A stretch of DNA of 64,000 nt. Origin: Coriobacteriaceae bacterium (lineage in GTDB: Bacteria; Bacillota_I; Bacilli_A; RFN20; CAG-826). Where the stretch lies: contig CAVDXG010000003.1 of the NCBI GenBank assembly GCA_963612925.1, positions 8,267 through 72,266 on the forward strand, given 5' to 3'. Below, in pieces: positions 61,806 through 64,000 of the stretch. Position 1 is the first letter of the stretch. Each line of letters starts with the position of its first letter. The notes below the pieces were generated by a model, which searched no databases, was not told the DNA's origin, and worked only from the letters and a program-made list of their open reading frames with translations. A program made the translations under genes and the position numbers.

Positions 61806-62840
61806 TTACCATCTAATTTCTTTTTTACTTCTTTTTGTTTTATAAATATATAAATTAACAGCAATATTGAATATTCCAAGTTTATACATAACTTTTAATA
61901 TCCATATTGCAACGCCTTTTAAGCCGGATTTAGCTAAAAAGAGAAAAGATAAATATCTATTTCTTTTAAAAACATTGAAATTATTTTTTAAATATAGTTT
62001 TGATTCTTTGACAACTAAACGATTTTTCTTTTCTTTGCTTTGGCAAACTCTGATCGTTGTTCCAATGCCAATCCTTAGAAAGATAAAAGCAGAAATTAAA
62101 TCAAATAATTTCTTATTGTTTTTATATTTGGCGTAGTTTAAAAAATATGAGCATGTATTTTGATATTTTTCGTATGTCAATGCATCAATTAATGAACCGG
62201 AATGGATGAGATAAGAATATTTTGATTCGTTAATAAAAGAAATAGTTTTCGAGTTGGCAAGTGCTTTTAATAAATAATATAAATCCTCGGCATGTTCTAC
62301 CGTGCTGAACGAACATTTATTTGCTATTTCTCTACGATATAATTTGTTCCAAGCGGATGTGTTGATTAAGAAAAGAGGGAACGAGCAATTCTCAATTTTA
62401 ACTATTTCTTTAGGGTTGTTAACCATTTCTTTGCAGATTAAAGAACCGTCCTCAGAGTTTATTCTAGAAAAGCCGCAGCAAGTTATATCAGCATTTGTTT
62501 CTTCAGCTTTTTTAACAAGTGTTTCAAAGTAGTCGTTATCAAAAAAGTCATCTGCATCTAAAAAAAGCAAAAATTGTGATGATGGGTCGGAATTTTTAAA
62601 CCCTAAATCTTTAGCAAAGCCAGTTCCTTTTCTCTCTTTATTTATGATAATTTTAGTTCCATTTTTGTATTTTTCTTGTTTTGCAAAGTCTTCAATTTTT
62701 TGAAGAGTATCATCATTAGATTCATCATATACAAAGATCAATTCGTAATTTTGATATGTTTGACTTTTTAATGAATTTAAGAATTTATCTATGTATGGAC
62801 CAACATTATAGGTAGGACAAATAATTGAAATTTTGCACAT
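61806..62840 (-). CDS. Family-2 glycosyltransferase
   Basis: ISIICPTYNVGPYIDKFLNSLKSQTYQNYELIFVYDESNDDT and DADD. Confidence 0.82.
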   Translation of the reverse strand: MCKISIICPTYNVGPYIDKFLNSLKSQTYQNYELIFVYDESNDDTLQKIEDFAKQEKYKNGTKIIINKERKGTGFAKDLGFKNSDPSSQFLLFLDADDFFDNDYFETLVKKAEETNADITCCGFSRINSEDGSLICKEMVNNPKEIVKIENCSFPLFLINTSAWNKLYRREIANKCSFSTVEHAEDLYYLLKALANSKTISFINESKYSYLIHSGSLIDALTYEKYQNTCSYFLNYAKYKNNKKLFDLISAFIFLRIGIGTTIRVCQSKEKKNRLVVKESKLYLKNNFNVFKRNRYLSFLFLAKSGLKGVAIWILKVMYKLGIFNIAVNLYIYKTKRSKKEIRW

Positions 62841-62881
62841 ATTGATATATTATCATCAAAGATGAAAAGGATAAACTACTT

Positions 62882-63862
62882 ATGATAATTACTAGAGCTC
62901 CGCTTAGAGTTAGTTTTTGCGGTGGAGGAAGTGATATACCATCTTTTTATGAACAATATGGAGGATGCGTTCTCTCCTGTTCAATTCGAAAATATGTTTA
63001 CATTACCATTCACGAATCCTTTAATAAGCAAACTATAACTTTAAAATATTCAAAGACTGAAGAAGTAAATGAATTTGATGAAATTGAGCATAAATATTTT
63101 CGGGTAATGCTTCAAGACTATGGCATTAAAGGTGTGGAAATCACTTCAATGGCGGATGTTCCAGCTGGAACGGGTCTAGGAAGTTCTTCCGCTTTCACAG
63201 TTGCGGTTTTAAAAGCCTTAAAAGCTTATCAAAAGAAAAGTTTTTCAACTTATGCTTTAGCTAGTGAAGCCTGCGATGTTGAGATGAATAAAGCTGGTTC
63301 TCCAATCGGCAAGCAAGACCAATTCGCTTCTGCCTTTGGAGGCCTCAACTTTATAACTTTTCATAAAAACGGAAAAGTCAGCATCGAACCTTTGATGATT
63401 CCTGATGGTGGAGAGGAAAGATTGCAGAACAATCTAATGCTTTTCTATACCGGCTTAAAGCATGACGCAAATGCTATACTCGCTGAGCAATCCAAAAATA
63501 TAGTTTCTAAAGAGAGTAAGATAAAGGCTCAATTAAGTCTATGTAGAATGGCTAGATACTTAAAAAAACATCTTGAAGATGGTGACATTGATTATTTAGG
63601 AAAAGTTCTTAAAAAGAGCTGGAAAATAAAAAAGACTCTTTCATCTGGCGTTACCAATCCATTAATTAATAAGATTTATACTTCTGCGATGAAAGCTGGA
63701 GCCGAGGGAGGGAAACTTTTAGGTGCCGGCGGAGGTGGCTTTATGCTTTTTTATGTCAAGCCTGAACGCCAAGAAAGAGTTAGAAAAGCCTTGAAAGATT
63801 ATTTAGAACTCGACTTTAAAATTGATTATGAAGGCGCGAAAGTAATTTACGGGCTAAAATAA
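62882..63862 (+). CDS. hddA: GHMP sugar kinase, D-glycero-D-manno-heptose-7-phosphate kinase (HddA)-like
   Basis: N-terminal IITRAPLRVSFCGGGSDIPSFY, GHMP motif PAGTGLGSSSAF and C-terminal GAGGGGF. Confidence 0.65.
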   Translation: MIITRAPLRVSFCGGGSDIPSFYEQYGGCVLSCSIRKYVYITIHESFNKQTITLKYSKTEEVNEFDEIEHKYFRVMLQDYGIKGVEITSMADVPAGTGLGSSSAFTVAVLKALKAYQKKSFSTYALASEACDVEMNKAGSPIGKQDQFASAFGGLNFITFHKNGKVSIEPLMIPDGGEERLQNNLMLFYTGLKHDANAILAEQSKNIVSKESKIKAQLSLCRMARYLKKHLEDGDIDYLGKVLKKSWKIKKTLSSGVTNPLINKIYTSAMKAGAEGGKLLGAGGGGFMLFYVKPERQERVRKALKDYLELDFKIDYEGAKVIYGLK

Positions 63863-63863
63863 A

Positions 63864-64000
63864 ATGATTGGAGTAATCACTGCCGGAGGCAAAGGAACTC
63901 GACTTAGCTTAATTGCATCGGATATACCTAAGCCGATGGTTAGAATTTTTGATAAGCCTATTCTTCAATATCAAATTGAATGTCTTAAAGAAAACAATAT
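63864..64000 (+). CDS. hddC: Sugar-1-phosphate nucleotidyltransferase (HddC-like guanylyltransferase); 3' end lies outside the window
   Basis: MIGVITAGGKGTRLSLIASDIPKPMVRIFDKPILQYQIECL is the G-x-G-T-R-L NTP-transferase signature. Starts 1 nt after the hddA stop. Confidence 0.6.
   Translation, partial: MIGVITAGGKGTRLSLIASDIPKPMVRIFDKPILQYQIECLKENN

Overview
AT-rich chromosome segment that uses the standard genetic code: TGA acts as a stop at the ends of pcrA, ligA and gatC. Gene content and order (rimI-tsaD, pcrA-ligA, gatCAB) fit a low-GC Bacillota or Acholeplasma-like organism, but the species cannot be named from sequence alone. No rRNA, tRNA, CRISPR array or IS element was seen. Layout: (1) 0-23 kb is mostly housekeeping: rimI', tsaD, a Na/Pi cotransporter, asnS, pcrA, ligA, gatCAB, galE and galK-galM. 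It is interrupted by one AlbA_2/HATPase_c_4 gene, a three-gene membrane operon of unknown function and a VanZ protein with inserted Ig-like domains. (2) 23.2-30.8 kb is an accessory island between galM and pgcA. It holds a small acidic ORF, an intact AAA_14/DUF4143 ATPase, a second AlbA_2/HATPase_c_4 gene, a coupled DUF3737-PatB pair and a decayed DUF234-type ATPase. (3) 31-37.3 kb is central metabolism (pgcA, glnA, glyA). (4) 37.3-40 kb holds a second, frameshifted DUF4143 ATPase next to a small serine recombinase, followed by yebC. (5) 40.8-64 kb is a Wzx/Wzy-type glycan locus that runs off the window edge. It combines a CDP-3,6-dideoxyhexose module plus a ThDP enzyme (yersiniose-like), NeuB/NeuC, a GDP-heptose module and many glycosyltransferases. 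The observations most worth follow-up are two. First, each of the five orphan ATPase/AlbA_2 genes is preceded by its own array of short direct-repeat words, most strikingly six phased TGCGAAC(T/A)G copies at 3104-3304, and partial copies of these words recur beside the serine recombinase. Second, the glycan locus appears to encode a branched-chain dideoxy-sugar pathway that lacks its usual E3 reductase. All functional calls rest on motif and family recognition by eye; no searches were run.
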